Assembly (NCBI GenBank): GCA_963832835.1
Contig: CAWHVD010000001.1
Span: 2,133,199-2,197,198, forward strand
DNA length: 64,000 bases
DNA from: an uncultured Chlamydiales bacterium
GTDB taxonomy: Bacteria > Chlamydiota > Chlamydiia > Chlamydiales > JAAKFR01
Reading direction: 5' to 3'
The notes under the pieces: model-generated
What the model saw: the letters and a program-made list of their open reading frames with translations, nothing else
Told to the model about the DNA's origin: nothing
The model's database searches: none
Shown: positions 8,419 through 18,864 of the stretch, piece after piece
Layout of the letters: each line of letters opens with the position of its first letter
Position numbering within the stretch: position 1 is the stretch's first letter
Program-made: the position numbers and the translations under genes

Positions 8419-9708
8419 ATGGAAGCCACAACTGAGCCCAAAAAAGCAGAATCTCGGTTCAAGAGGCCAGCGCTAGCTGATGAACTGGACACGATGATGG
8501 TCGTCGTAAAACCCAAAGGGTGGCTCGCTGTCTATTCCGGTTTGGCGATCTTGGCTTTGATTATCATCTGGGGGTTTGTGGGCAAAATTCCCATCATCGT
8601 CAGTGGCCTTGCATTATCTCTAAGCACAGAAGGAACTTATGTTGTTGTTGCACAGACAGATGGAACCGTAGTTGAAATTCTTGTCCATGAAGGGCAGATG
8701 ATAGAAAAGGGGCAGGTATTAGTTAAAATCGTCGATCCGGTTAGCCAACTATCCATTGCAGTACAACAACAAAAAATCGAAATCGCCGAAAATAACTTGC
8801 AGGAACTGCGCGCTAAAATTGCCCAAGAAAATCAAGACCGTGGCGAGGCCATTCTAAAGAAAATTGCTAGCGAGAAATATGCACTGGCAAATAGCGAAAG
8901 TACACTCCCCTATCTGGAAAAAGATCTCGAATCCAAGATTCGTCTGAACAAAGAGGGCATTATTTCTATGCCCGATGTTGAAAAGGCACGTGCCACATTG
9001 ATGAAAACTCAAAATGATATTCAACAACACAAAGCCACTATTCAAAGCCTCGAAGCCAGCTACGCCACAGCCTATCGGATAGAAGAAATTAAGACCGCAG
9101 AGATCGCCCTCTTTGAATACCAAAAGCAACTCGAACGGATGCAACTCGAAAGAACCTTTTTGGAGGTCAGATCGGATAAAGAAGGCACATTGCTTGAAAT
9201 ACTCGTATCCAATGGAAGTAGGGTCAAACTAGGGGAAGTGGTAGCCACCATCGAGCTCCCTTTGGAAAAGGAGCAACGGCTTCGATTCTATGCTGCAGTA
9301 GGTGGAGAATATGGTGTTTTGCTGAAAAAAGGGCTGCCTGTTCAGGTTGAAGTAGCAGGGGTAGACCCTAAACAATACGGCTATCTTTTGGGCACTATTG
9401 ATTATGTCTCACCCTACCCTGTTTCAACCGCTGAGATGACTGCATCTGTTGCCAACGCTGAGCTGGCCAGTTTCCTTAAGGGAGGGCAAGAGGCTGTATA
9501 TGCCGTATCCATCAAATTAATTCCCGACCCCGACACGCAAAGCGGTCTTAAATGGAGCACACGGTATGGGCCCGCGCGCGAGATTTCTACGGGAACTTTG
9601 GCTATTGCACGCGTTGTCGTACAGGAAAAAAGGCCTATTTTCTACATCCTTCCGGAGGAAATCGGTCCTTACGTACAAGAATTTTTACCGCACCCTGATA
9701 CACAATGA
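8419..9708 (+). CDS. HlyD-family membrane fusion protein of a peptide/bacteriocin exporter
   Basis: 429-aa ORF with one N-terminal TM (LAVYSGLAILALIIIWGFVG), a lipoyl-like hairpin (GTVVEILVHEGQMIEKGQVLVKI), a long coiled coil, and a second half-hairpin (GTLLEILVSNGSRVKLGEVVATI). Confidence 0.85.
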   Translation: MEATTEPKKAESRFKRPALADELDTMMVVVKPKGWLAVYSGLAILALIIIWGFVGKIPIIVSGLALSLSTEGTYVVVAQTDGTVVEILVHEGQMIEKGQVLVKIVDPVSQLSIAVQQQKIEIAENNLQELRAKIAQENQDRGEAILKKIASEKYALANSESTLPYLEKDLESKIRLNKEGIISMPDVEKARATLMKTQNDIQQHKATIQSLEASYATAYRIEEIKTAEIALFEYQKQLERMQLERTFLEVRSDKEGTLLEILVSNGSRVKLGEVVATIELPLEKEQRLRFYAAVGGEYGVLLKKGLPVQVEVAGVDPKQYGYLLGTIDYVSPYPVSTAEMTASVANAELASFLKGGQEAVYAVSIKLIPDPDTQSGLKWSTRYGPAREISTGTLAIARVVVQEKRPIFYILPEEIGPYVQEFLPHPDTQ

Positions 9709-11855
9709 ATACGCGCAAAAAAACACCTACTGTCATCCAAATGGAAGCTGTAGAATGCGGGGCTGCAGCCTTAGGTATTATTCTAGGCTATTATAAACGT
9801 TTTGTACCCCTAGAGGAGCTACGAGTTGCCTGTGGGGTTTCTCGGGACGGCAGTAAAATCCTTAATATCAAAAAAGCAGCCCGCACCTATGGCCTCAATT
9901 TACAGGTATTTCAGAAAAGTGCACAAGAGCTTCGGGAGATGCCGGGACCTGTCATCGTGTTTTGGGACTTTAACCATTTCCTGGTTGTAGAGGGGTTCCA
10001 TGGGAACAAAGTTTACCTAAACGATCCTGCCAGAGGCCCCTATCGTGTAACTGTTGAGGAGTTCGAAAAGCATTACTCGCAAATCGTCATGACGGCCGAG
10101 AAAACTCCCGATTTTATCACCGGAGGTGAATCCCCTTCCCCTTGGCCGGGAATCATCGAACGCATTCGGTATGTGAAAGCCCCTTTCCTTTTTTTAATGA
10201 TCACAGGATTTGGCTTCATGTTATCAATGGCGCTGATTCCCAATTTTACCAAGGTATTCTTCGACGTGATCTTGGGACATAAAATTTATTCCTGGGGCTT
10301 TTGGTTTATAGCCCTTTTTATATTGGTCGTACTACTGGCAAGTCTTTTCATAGCGACCCAAAGCCTCATTTTGATGCGTCTCAACGGAAAGCTTTCTGTA
10401 CAGTATTCAGCCCATTATTTATGGCATATCCTCCGTCTACCCCTTTCTTTTTATCAACAAAGATTCAGCGGAGAGATTGCCTACCGCCTCTCACTCAACG
10501 ACCAGATCATCAATGACATTACGGGCACACTTGCCACAGTATTCCTCAACATTTTTTTTATCTGCTTCTATGCTGCCTTGATGCTCTGGTTCAATGTTCC
10601 CATTGCATTTGTAGGCATTGTTGCTGTGCTCATCAATTTTTTTGCAATGATCTACACCCAAAAAGCACGTACTGATGACTATATGTATTTACAACAAAGT
10701 GAAGGGAAATTTTTAGGTTTCGTCATCGGCGGACTCAGTTACATGGAAACCATCAAATCAGTCGGCGCTGAAAGAAGTTTTTTTTCACGCCTTTCAGGAT
10801 ACTTTAGCCATGTCACCAATACAGAACAGGGTTTGGGCAAAAAAAATGCCCTCTTAACCACCCTGCCAATCTTTCTTTCTCAACTCACTTCTGCGGCCCT
10901 TTTTGGATTGGGGGGCTACCTCATCATTAATGAGGACTTCACGTTAGGCCTTTTTATGTCGATGCAAGCACTGTTAAATCAATTCATGTCACCTGTTTCT
11001 CAACTGCTTGATTTAGGGAAGATCACCCAAGCTGTGCAAACCAATATCGCCCGGATCGATGACGTCTTAAAAAACCCGGTGGACCCACTTTTTACAATCT
11101 CAAACAACGCCACTTCGCAAAAAAGCCTAGATGGACATTTTGAGATGCACAACGTCACCTTCAGCTACTCCCCTCTGGAGCCACCTTTAATCGAGAATTT
11201 TAACCTTTATGTTCAACCGGGGCAGCGGGTCGCTCTGGTAGGCCCCACTGGATGTGGTAAAACAACCATTGCGCGCTTAATTAACGGCCTGTTCCAACCC
11301 CAAAGTGGGGAAATTTTATTTAACGGTACACCCCGCAATGAGCTCTCTCGAGAACAAATCACCCAAACTCTCTCGACTGTCGACCAAGATATTTTTCTTT
11401 TTTCAGGAACCATTAAGGAGAATATTTCCCTTTTTAACCCTCTCATTACCGATGAAGAGATCGTGCGCGCTGCAAAAGATGCCTGCATCCATGATGACAT
11501 ATTGCAAAAACCTCATAGTTACCAGTTTATGCTACTTGAAGGTGGTTCTAATTTAAGCGGTGGACAACGGCAACGTATCGAAATTGCCCGCGGGCTCATT
11601 CTCAATCCCAAAATTCTGATTTTAGATGAGGCAACCAGTGCCCTCGATTCTATTACAGAAGAAAAAATCATGAGAAATCTCAGACATAGAAGATGTGCCA
11701 TTATCATGGTTGCACACCGTTTGAGCACCATCCGCAACTGTGACGAGATTATTGTCCTAGAGCATGGAAAGGTCGTCCAGCGAGGAAGACACGAGCAGCT
11801 CATTGAAGAGGGTGGCATCTATCAAGGATTTGTATCAAAGGATATCGATGTCTAG
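9705..11855 (+). CDS. ABC exporter with N-terminal C39 peptidase domain (double-glycine leader processing)
   Basis: 716-aa ORF. The C39 catalytic residues are present (QMEAVECGAAAL; FNHFLVVEG; LNDPA). It has a six-TM ABC exporter domain, Walker A GPTGCGKTT, signature LSGGQRQRI and Walker B ILILDEATSALD. It overlaps the HlyD gene by ATGA. Confidence 0.9.
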   Translation: MNTRKKTPTVIQMEAVECGAAALGIILGYYKRFVPLEELRVACGVSRDGSKILNIKKAARTYGLNLQVFQKSAQELREMPGPVIVFWDFNHFLVVEGFHGNKVYLNDPARGPYRVTVEEFEKHYSQIVMTAEKTPDFITGGESPSPWPGIIERIRYVKAPFLFLMITGFGFMLSMALIPNFTKVFFDVILGHKIYSWGFWFIALFILVVLLASLFIATQSLILMRLNGKLSVQYSAHYLWHILRLPLSFYQQRFSGEIAYRLSLNDQIINDITGTLATVFLNIFFICFYAALMLWFNVPIAFVGIVAVLINFFAMIYTQKARTDDYMYLQQSEGKFLGFVIGGLSYMETIKSVGAERSFFSRLSGYFSHVTNTEQGLGKKNALLTTLPIFLSQLTSAALFGLGGYLIINEDFTLGLFMSMQALLNQFMSPVSQLLDLGKITQAVQTNIARIDDVLKNPVDPLFTISNNATSQKSLDGHFEMHNVTFSYSPLEPPLIENFNLYVQPGQRVALVGPTGCGKTTIARLINGLFQPQSGEILFNGTPRNELSREQITQTLSTVDQDIFLFSGTIKENISLFNPLITDEEIVRAAKDACIHDDILQKPHSYQFMLLEGGSNLSGGQRQRIEIARGLILNPKILILDEATSALDSITEEKIMRNLRHRRCAIIMVAHRLSTIRNCDEIIVLEHGKVVQRGRHEQLIEEGGIYQGFVSKDIDV

Positions 11856-14802
11856 CACGCCCCTTTCACTTCCGCCCGCAATAAACAAAGTTATTGAAAA
11901 AGCAACTCCTATCAACGTCGAAGCCAATACACGCTACCTCTTGACAGAACCTAACATGGTGTGGATTGTCGGAGCAGTAGCTGGAGATGTTTACGCCTGC
12001 GAATATGAAAATGAGGACTTCGTACCTTTCTTCCTCCAAGAAATGTCTCCCGGGGACCTTATCTTTGGCAGTTCTTCTGCAATGCTCACCGATTCTCAAA
12101 CTTTTTTTTTCATATCAGGTCGCTCCTCTATTCTATACAAAATCTCTCTTGATAATTTCAGAGAATTTCTTTCAGATGACCAAGAAACCAGCCTCTGGAT
12201 AGCCGATAAATTAGAAAAATGGGCAGGTAAAATCCTTAACCTTTTCGCAGCTTCTTCAGAACCATCTGACATTTTTGAATTTCCCATTTCCGGTTCATAC
12301 GACTTGGAACCCGGCGGAAAAGCACATCTACAACTCACTATAGGACCGGAAAGAAAACACCGACTTGCGTGGATTGAATGTATTAGTGGTACTGTTGAAA
12401 TCGAGGGAAATCCCTCCTTACGTTTAACTGAGTCCCCTGCGCTTTACCCTTTTTCTTTTTTTCTTTGGATAGAAGCTCCTGAGGGTGCACGTATCCGCTC
12501 TTATACGACCTTAGAAGCTTTAGACAAACCGGCATTATGGGACGGGTTGTTTGATTTCCACCACAAGCTCTTTGAATTTTTTAAGGTCCAACAAGAACAA
12601 GATTTTCAGCATGCCAAGGAGAGAAGGGAAAAAAATAGAATCCTCGAGGCTTCCTCAGATAAAGAATCGATGCTGACTCTAGGTTCTCTTTTGGAAAAGC
12701 AACTCGCTTATGCACCCTTGCAAGAAGGAGATACCCTGTTCAAAGCGTGCGACTTGATCGGACAAGTGTTGCAAGTCAAAATGAAACCCTCTTTACAGTC
12801 TCTGCCAACCGTTGACCAGCAAGTACAAGAAATCGCCACCCTCTCGAACCTTTATCAACGCAAAATTGCTCTCAAGGGCAAATGGTGGGAATCTGCTGAT
12901 CTTCCTCTGCTTGGCTTTTACGGGAAGACCGAAAAACCCGTTGCCTTGATTAATATTTCTCGGACTGAATTTGAATTTCTCGATCCTGAAACCCTTCAAA
13001 GAGAAAAAATTACCCCTAAAAATGCCGCCCATTTTCACCCATCTGCCTTTGTCTTCCACATCCCCTTCATGGGAGAAAAAATTACTTTTTTTAAGCTCGT
13101 GAAATTCGCCTACAAAGAGGCTTTAAAAGAGAGCTATATCTTCCCAATTCTCGCCATCTTGACAGGCATCATTAACCTATACCTGCCTTTTGCGATGAAA
13201 GCCCTTTTCGACAGTTTGACAGTTACTGCAAACATCACCCTTCTCATGCAGTTGACAATGGGACTTGTGATGTCAGCCATCGGCCTCGGTTTTTTTACGA
13301 TCACCAAAAACTTTGCCATGCAAAGATTCAATGGCCTTTCAAAAAATAAGCTCGAAATGGGGTTATGGGGTCGTATTTTAAATTTTCCTGCCTCATTTTT
13401 CCGTAAAAGATCGGCTGGTGAGCTGATAGGGGAATTCCAAGCCATTACCGCCGTACATTCGACACTAAATGATTACCTGGTTGTCTCTGTTTTCGCTTGC
13501 GTCTACACTGTTCTTTATTTCATTCAGATGCTCAGTTTTAGCACAGGGCTTGCGTTCATTGGTTTAATGGGGATCTTATTTCCTTGCACTATCTTTATTA
13601 TCTGCGCATCCCTTGAGCTCAACCTATTCAAACAAATCACCAATATCTCGGGAACCATTCAAGGATTTGTCATCCAACTCATCTCCGGCTTAGGTAAAAT
13701 CCGCGTAGCAGGGGCAGAAAGCCGATTTTTCAAAATCTGGTCCCGCCTTTTTGCCGAAAAAAAGAGACTCTCGTTGCGCCTGCAAAAACTCCAAACTGTG
13801 GCTAGCCTGACTCGTGTCCTTTTTCCCCTGGTCGCTACAGTTGTCATCTACATTGCTGCAATCGTTTTATTCCAAAAACAGACGCTTGGCACCACCCAAA
13901 AAATTACCACAGGAGAATTCGTGGGTTTTGCAGCAGCCTACGCACTCTTTGTCGCTTCTGCCCTCGAAGTGTTTAATACCGGATTTGCCGGATTGAAAAT
14001 CCGTCCTCTTTGGGAATGCGCCAAAACCTTGCGCGAACAACCTGTGGAAGCCAGTCTAGATAAAGATAGGGCTCTGCCCTTAAAAGGCAAAGTCGTCATT
14101 GATCATGTTTCCTACCGCTACAACCCCGAAGAAGATATGACCCTTAAAGACATTGTGATTGAGGCATTGCCCGGTGAAATGGTTGGGATTATCGGTCCAT
14201 CAGGTGCCGGTAAATCAACTCTTGTACGTCTGCTTCTCGGCTTTGAAAGACCCGAGAGTGGAGCTGTCTATTACGATAACAAAAATTTGGATGATTTTGA
14301 TCCCAGATCTATCCGCTCGCAAATCGGCACCGTGTTACAAAATGCCGCTCTGATTGCGGGAAGTATCTATGACAATATTGTTGGAAGCGGAACCTACCCC
14401 ATTGAAGCCCTTGAAAAGGCCATTCATTTTTCGGGATTCGAGGATGATCTTAGGCAACTCCCCATGGGTTTAAACACCATCATTCCTATGGGTGGCGGAT
14501 CTTTTTCGGGTGGCCAAAGACAACGGTTACTTTTGGCAAGAGCCCTAATCTCCTCTCCCAAAATCCTCCTCTTGGATGAAGCGACAAGTGCTTTGGACAA
14601 CAAAACTCAAGATATTGTCACTAATCACCTCAACCGATTGCGCGTCACACGCATCGTGATTGCGCACCGCCTGAGCACCATCAAAAATGCTGACCGCATT
14701 TATGTTTTAGAACAGGGACAGGTCGTCCAAGCCGGTACCTTCCAGGAACTTGCCCAACAAGATGGCCTCTTCCTCCACATGCTCAAGCGCCAAACATTGT
14801 AA
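11848..14802 (+). CDS. Second ABC exporter with a long N-terminal non-transporter (cNMP-binding-like?) extension
   Basis: I take the start at ATG 11848 (MSSTPLSL..), which overlaps the upstream stop (TAG 11853-11855). A ~450-aa N-terminal region is followed by the TM domain, Walker A GPSGAGKST, signature FSGGQRQRL and Walker B ILLLDEATSALD. Confidence 0.85.
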   Translation: MSSTPLSLPPAINKVIEKATPINVEANTRYLLTEPNMVWIVGAVAGDVYACEYENEDFVPFFLQEMSPGDLIFGSSSAMLTDSQTFFFISGRSSILYKISLDNFREFLSDDQETSLWIADKLEKWAGKILNLFAASSEPSDIFEFPISGSYDLEPGGKAHLQLTIGPERKHRLAWIECISGTVEIEGNPSLRLTESPALYPFSFFLWIEAPEGARIRSYTTLEALDKPALWDGLFDFHHKLFEFFKVQQEQDFQHAKERREKNRILEASSDKESMLTLGSLLEKQLAYAPLQEGDTLFKACDLIGQVLQVKMKPSLQSLPTVDQQVQEIATLSNLYQRKIALKGKWWESADLPLLGFYGKTEKPVALINISRTEFEFLDPETLQREKITPKNAAHFHPSAFVFHIPFMGEKITFFKLVKFAYKEALKESYIFPILAILTGIINLYLPFAMKALFDSLTVTANITLLMQLTMGLVMSAIGLGFFTITKNFAMQRFNGLSKNKLEMGLWGRILNFPASFFRKRSAGELIGEFQAITAVHSTLNDYLVVSVFACVYTVLYFIQMLSFSTGLAFIGLMGILFPCTIFIICASLELNLFKQITNISGTIQGFVIQLISGLGKIRVAGAESRFFKIWSRLFAEKKRLSLRLQKLQTVASLTRVLFPLVATVVIYIAAIVLFQKQTLGTTQKITTGEFVGFAAAYALFVASALEVFNTGFAGLKIRPLWECAKTLREQPVEASLDKDRALPLKGKVVIDHVSYRYNPEEDMTLKDIVIEALPGEMVGIIGPSGAGKSTLVRLLLGFERPESGAVYYDNKNLDDFDPRSIRSQIGTVLQNAALIAGSIYDNIVGSGTYPIEALEKAIHFSGFEDDLRQLPMGLNTIIPMGGGSFSGGQRQRLLLARALISSPKILLLDEATSALDNKTQDIVTNHLNRLRVTRIVIAHRLSTIKNADRIYVLEQGQVVQAGTFQELAQQDGLFLHMLKRQTL

Positions 14803-14831
14803 AAAAACTCAGGCAGCTAATGAGCTTGTCG

Positions 14832-15212
14832 CTATTTGGAACCGTCTAACAGTTGGACAACCTGAAACTTGTTTCCATCCAAATCAGTGAACATCTGCAT
14901 TCTTACATGTCCAGGCACTTCCATCACGTCACCCATGAGCTGAACATTTTTTTTCTTAAATTCAGCGATTGTTTCATCCACATTATCCACCGTAAAGGTA
15001 ATGATTGCATTGCTGCCGGCTGGCAATTCGCCACTTTCTTTAGCAATACCAAGCATGCAACCTCCGTTTGGTCCTTGAAGCTCAGTCCATCCCATTTCTT
15101 CGACACAACAAAGCTCCTTTAAGCCCAACGTTTCGGTAAAAAATTTCCTAGCGTTTTTAAAATCGGATACCGTAATCCAAGCTAAATCTGCTGATTTTAA
15201 CATTGTAGACAC
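14832..15212 (-). CDS. VOC/glyoxalase-bleomycin resistance family protein
   Basis: 126-aa ORF. The WITVSDFKNARKFFTETLGLK start and the paired beta-alpha-beta-beta-beta pattern are typical of small VOC proteins. Confidence 0.8.
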   Translation of the reverse strand: MSTMLKSADLAWITVSDFKNARKFFTETLGLKELCCVEEMGWTELQGPNGGCMLGIAKESGELPAGSNAIITFTVDNVDETIAEFKKKNVQLMGDVMEVPGHVRMQMFTDLDGNKFQVVQLLDGSK

Positions 15213-15478
15213 TCCTGTTAGTCTGTTTGATGACCCAAAAGTCTCACCATCGCGACAGTTTTAGGCAAGCCCCACCTTATTCGATACCATCATCCGATAC
15301 CATCATCCTTAATCATAACTTAATCTGTATTCAGTAGAATTCATTTAACTTAAATCAAGAAATGAGCTTGGCTCACTCGGGCGAGTGTTCGGTTCAGAAT
15401 TAAAATTCGCCAAAGGAAATTAATTTATTCTTAATATTGAGCCGGTATAATAAAAAGAAAAACCTAAAGGAGGTTCTC

Positions 15479-15787
15479 GTGGCAATATCATTTTTTACAA
15501 AGATATGTGTCGAGGGGGAGGAGGAGAGGCCAGCACATACTATAGCTCCCTATGTGGATCTCTCAATAGGCGTAGCGCTTGTGATCATTGCCATTTTGGG
15601 CACACAAGGTGTGATTCCGATGTCAGGCAATGTATCTTACGCTTTACTGGGCACAGGATCTGCCTACTCAGGCCTTTTCATTCTTTTGTTTCTAGTAGCT
15701 TGCAAATATAGAATGGAATGCACCCAAGATTTGTATCTTTTCAGGGCACCTGACCCGTGGTATGAAGAGCACTTATCAAGGGGGTAG
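15479..15787 (+). CDS. Small membrane protein, hypothetical
   Basis: GTG 15479 lies 5 nt after a strong SD aaggagg (15467-15473) and downstream of a perfect TATAAT (15446-15451). There are two hydrophobic segments (GVALVIIAILGTQGVI; YSGLFILLFLVAC). Confidence 0.45.
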   Translation: MAISFFTKICVEGEEERPAHTIAPYVDLSIGVALVIIAILGTQGVIPMSGNVSYALLGTGSAYSGLFILLFLVACKYRMECTQDLYLFRAPDPWYEEHLSRG

Positions 15788-15917
15788 TTATAGCGCTAAC
15801 CCGCCTTCTTCCAATACGGGCTTCCATCATAATCAACGTTATCAACCCGGAAACTCCTATCAAGGACACTAATCTCTAAGGCCCAGGCTACGGTGGTTTA
15901 GGTAAAAGGTATCAGTT

Positions 15918-16592
15918 ATGTTCTTAAATGCCTTTAAAACATCGTTGCCGGCCCTTTTGTGTTACGTCCCTTTGGGGATTGTCTATGGGGTGCTTTGTGC
16001 TCAATCGGGTTATCCGTGGTACTATGCACCCCTTTTTTGTACTTTCGTGCTGGCGGGGGCGATGCAAATGATCACCCTTTCCCTTTTATCAGCAGGCGCC
16101 TCTTTATTCATGATTGCCTGCGCGATTATCCCCTTAGGCATCCGGAATATCTTTTACGGTTTAACGATGCTCGAGCGCTTCCGTCCAGCACCCCCTCTTC
16201 TCAAGCTGTATCTAGCCCATGGGCTTGTTGATGCAACCTATTCTCTTCTGAACACCAGCCAGCCACCTGCTGACGCAAGAAGCGACATTCGCTATATGAC
16301 TTGGCTGACCATTCTTATCCATTTTTATTGGGTTTTGGGAGGGTTATTAGGTAGCTTTGTGGTCCACGTTATCAAGATCCCACGGGGCTTAGAGTTTGCG
16401 CTCACAGCCTTTTTTGCGGCAGTTGCCGTTGAGCAGTTACTGAAGAGAAAGGATCTGCAAGCGATTTGGATTTCCGCAGGATCGATTGTTCTTGCTTTTG
16501 TAGCCATTCCGAGCCATTTTTTTTTAGGAAGCATCGCGATCGCTGCTTTGGCTTGTCTGGTTCTACCTGTAGGTGAAAGGAGTGCCGTATGA
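15918..16592 (+). CDS. azlC: AzlC-family branched-chain amino acid exporter subunit
   Basis: 224-aa polytopic ORF. The N-terminus (LPALLCYVPLGIVYGVL..AGAMQM) is typical of AzlC. It overlaps the next gene by 4 nt. Confidence 0.85.
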   Translation: MFLNAFKTSLPALLCYVPLGIVYGVLCAQSGYPWYYAPLFCTFVLAGAMQMITLSLLSAGASLFMIACAIIPLGIRNIFYGLTMLERFRPAPPLLKLYLAHGLVDATYSLLNTSQPPADARSDIRYMTWLTILIHFYWVLGGLLGSFVVHVIKIPRGLEFALTAFFAAVAVEQLLKRKDLQAIWISAGSIVLAFVAIPSHFFLGSIAIAALACLVLPVGERSAV

Positions 16593-16891
16593 TTGTGCTT
16601 CTCATCATGATGACAACGATTTCAGCCACCCTGCGACTCATCCCCTTTGTCTTTGCCAAATGGCTCAGCAGATGGGCAGCTCTTGCCAAAATCTCCGCTT
16701 CGTTGCCTATGTGCATTTCAATTCTCATTGTAGCCTATCTTGTGGAGCCGACCACTCACTTGTATCCCTTTGCAATCCCTGAACTTGCAGGACTTACCGC
16801 TGTGGTCTGTATCCAAATCCGGTTGCGTAACCTCTTGCTCAGTATGGGAGCTGGTGTATGCGTTCACCAAATCGTATTACATTGCCTGTGA
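16589..16891 (+). CDS. azlD: AzlD-family small membrane subunit
   Basis: 100-aa hydrophobic ORF, translationally coupled to azlC. LRLIPFVF is typical of AzlD. Confidence 0.75.
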   Translation: MIVLLIMMTTISATLRLIPFVFAKWLSRWAALAKISASLPMCISILIVAYLVEPTTHLYPFAIPELAGLTAVVCIQIRLRNLLLSMGAGVCVHQIVLHCL

Positions 16892-16937
16892 AAAATCCCC
16901 CCTTGGATTAAACCAAGGGAGGTCTCGAGAAGATATT

Positions 16938-17324
16938 TTAAGAATGGTGACGCATAATGACTTTCACTTCGTGTCGGGCCTTCACAGGAGTGATGTGCCC
17001 AGCGCTCAACTCATGGCGGATGTTTTCCAAAGCCTGAAAGCAACTCATCGTATGCTCGGTCTTTGGTAATTCATTCTCCGCTTGTTGAATCGTAGCAAAA
17101 GCTAGCGCTTGATTGCATGTTTCGAGATTCGTCTCTAAATCCCTATAAGAAGTCCCACCACTTAAAACAGCTTTAAACTGTTCCTCACAGCCGGCGAGTT
17201 TACCTTCCATATCCATCCGCGTTGAATGCGGGATGTTACATGTATTGAGCTCTCCCCAGAGATTGTTCATCTCCGCTTCGAGATGAAGAATATCGGAATG
17301 TTGGATCTCTTTAGCTTTGACCAT
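16938..17324 (-). CDS. Hypothetical helical protein
   Basis: 128-aa ORF with no recognisable motif. It occupies the entire intergenic space. Confidence 0.45.
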   Translation of the reverse strand: MVKAKEIQHSDILHLEAEMNNLWGELNTCNIPHSTRMDMEGKLAGCEEQFKAVLSGGTSYRDLETNLETCNQALAFATIQQAENELPKTEHTMSCFQALENIRHELSAGHITPVKARHEVKVIMRHHS

Positions 17325-17517
17325 ATATAACCCCCTTACAAAGAAAGCTTTCCCTATAAAGTTATTATCGCAGAAACATGAAAATTTTAGAATTAAATAT
17401 TTAATTATTAAAGATTAACAAATCCCATCCCTCGGTAGAGGAAAGAAAGGATGCTTTAAGGACTTGTTCTCAGTTCAAGGTTCTGTTAAAATCCTCGAGT
17501 TAACTTAAAATCGATTT

Positions 17518-18864
17518 ATGAATTTACCACTTTTTATTGTCCTGATTGCTCTTCTTGGAACACTCTCTTTTTGGCTGGGAAGGAAGGCTGCGGCTGAGTC
17601 TAAAAGCACAGGTGATTTCTTCCTGATGGGCAGGAAATTGGGTTTATTCGGACTCACCTTGACGATGCTCGCCACTCAGATGGGTGGAGGCGCTCTATTA
17701 GGGGCCTGCGAAGAGGCCTATGCACGCGGTTGGAATGTTCTTTTTTACCCTCTGGGCATGGTCTTGGGTATGGTGGTTTTAGGTCTTGGGTATGGCGCCA
17801 AAATGCGCCGGCTCAACCTGACAACTGTTCCCGAAATTTTTGAGAAAATCTATCAATCGATCGGCCTGCGCAAAATCGCTTCACTCCTCTCTATTATCTC
17901 CCTTTACCTGATCTTAGTTGGCCAGGGAATTGCTGCCCGGAAATTCTTTATTTCCCTCGGTTTGAATGGTGATGCGCTCTTTGTCCTGTTTTGGTGCGTG
18001 CTGGTTGCGTATACCGTGATGGGCGGTTTAGGTGCTGTTGTCAAAACAGACATTTTACAGGCCTGTTTTATCTTCATCGCTCTTTTCATCGCAGTAAGCG
18101 CCGCTTTCCCTATCTCACAACCCGCTCAAATAGCCCCTATCTCTTCAGCTAACGGAAGTACGCCTTGGTTCACATGGATGTTAATGCCTCTGCTCTTCAT
18201 GCTCATCGAGCAAGATATGGGCCAGCGTTGCTTTGCGGCTAAAAATCCGCGCACTGTTTCGATCGCAGCTCTCAGTGGCGCAGGCATCCTTTTTGTCGTA
18301 TCGTTTGTCCCTATTTTGTTTGGGACCACCGCTGCCGCCTTAAACCTCACAATTCCCTCAGGATCGAGTGTCTTGATCTCATCTGTGCAAGCGCTCACTA
18401 ACCCCACTGTCGCCACCTTTGTGATCTGCGCCGTACTTCTAGCTATTTCTACCACTGCCGACTCGTTGCTGTGTTCAGTCAGCTCCAATATTGCCTGCGA
18501 CTTCCCTGCACTTGGCACGTCAGTGTTCACTTCAAGGGCTGTGACCCTATGTGTGGGGATCTCAACTTTGGTGCTGGCTTATATGCTCAATAACGTCATT
18601 ACCATTTTGATGTTTTCCTACGAGCTTGCAGTCAGCGTTCTTTTTGTTCCTGTGACAATGGCGGTTTGGATGAACCGCCCTCAGAAACGCTCTGCTGCTC
18701 TTAGCATGACTCTTGGAGCAGCAAGTTTTCTGGCTGTTCGCATCTGGGAAGTGCCCTTTCCTAAAGAGCTTGTCAGCCTTATTTTGAGCTTTACCGGATT
18801 TATCGCCAGCGAATGGATGTACAAACTCAAAACTTCAAAAGCTATCGACAGCATGCCTACATGA
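17518..18864 (+). CDS. Sodium:solute symporter family (SSF) transporter
   Basis: 448-aa polytopic ORF. GDFFLMGRKLGLFGLTLTMLATQMGGG is the typical SSF N-terminal motif. Confidence 0.85.
   Translation: MNLPLFIVLIALLGTLSFWLGRKAAAESKSTGDFFLMGRKLGLFGLTLTMLATQMGGGALLGACEEAYARGWNVLFYPLGMVLGMVVLGLGYGAKMRRLNLTTVPEIFEKIYQSIGLRKIASLLSIISLYLILVGQGIAARKFFISLGLNGDALFVLFWCVLVAYTVMGGLGAVVKTDILQACFIFIALFIAVSAAFPISQPAQIAPISSANGSTPWFTWMLMPLLFMLIEQDMGQRCFAAKNPRTVSIAALSGAGILFVVSFVPILFGTTAAALNLTIPSGSSVLISSVQALTNPTVATFVICAVLLAISTTADSLLCSVSSNIACDFPALGTSVFTSRAVTLCVGISTLVLAYMLNNVITILMFSYELAVSVLFVPVTMAVWMNRPQKRSAALSMTLGAASFLAVRIWEVPFPKELVSLILSFTGFIASEWMYKLKTSKAIDSMPT

Noticed and set aside
11764-11847. An upstream start (11764) for the second ABC gene.
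   Set aside because: It would overlap the preceding gene by 92 nt in a region coding for that gene's conserved C-terminus. ATG 11848 gives the usual short stop/start overlap.
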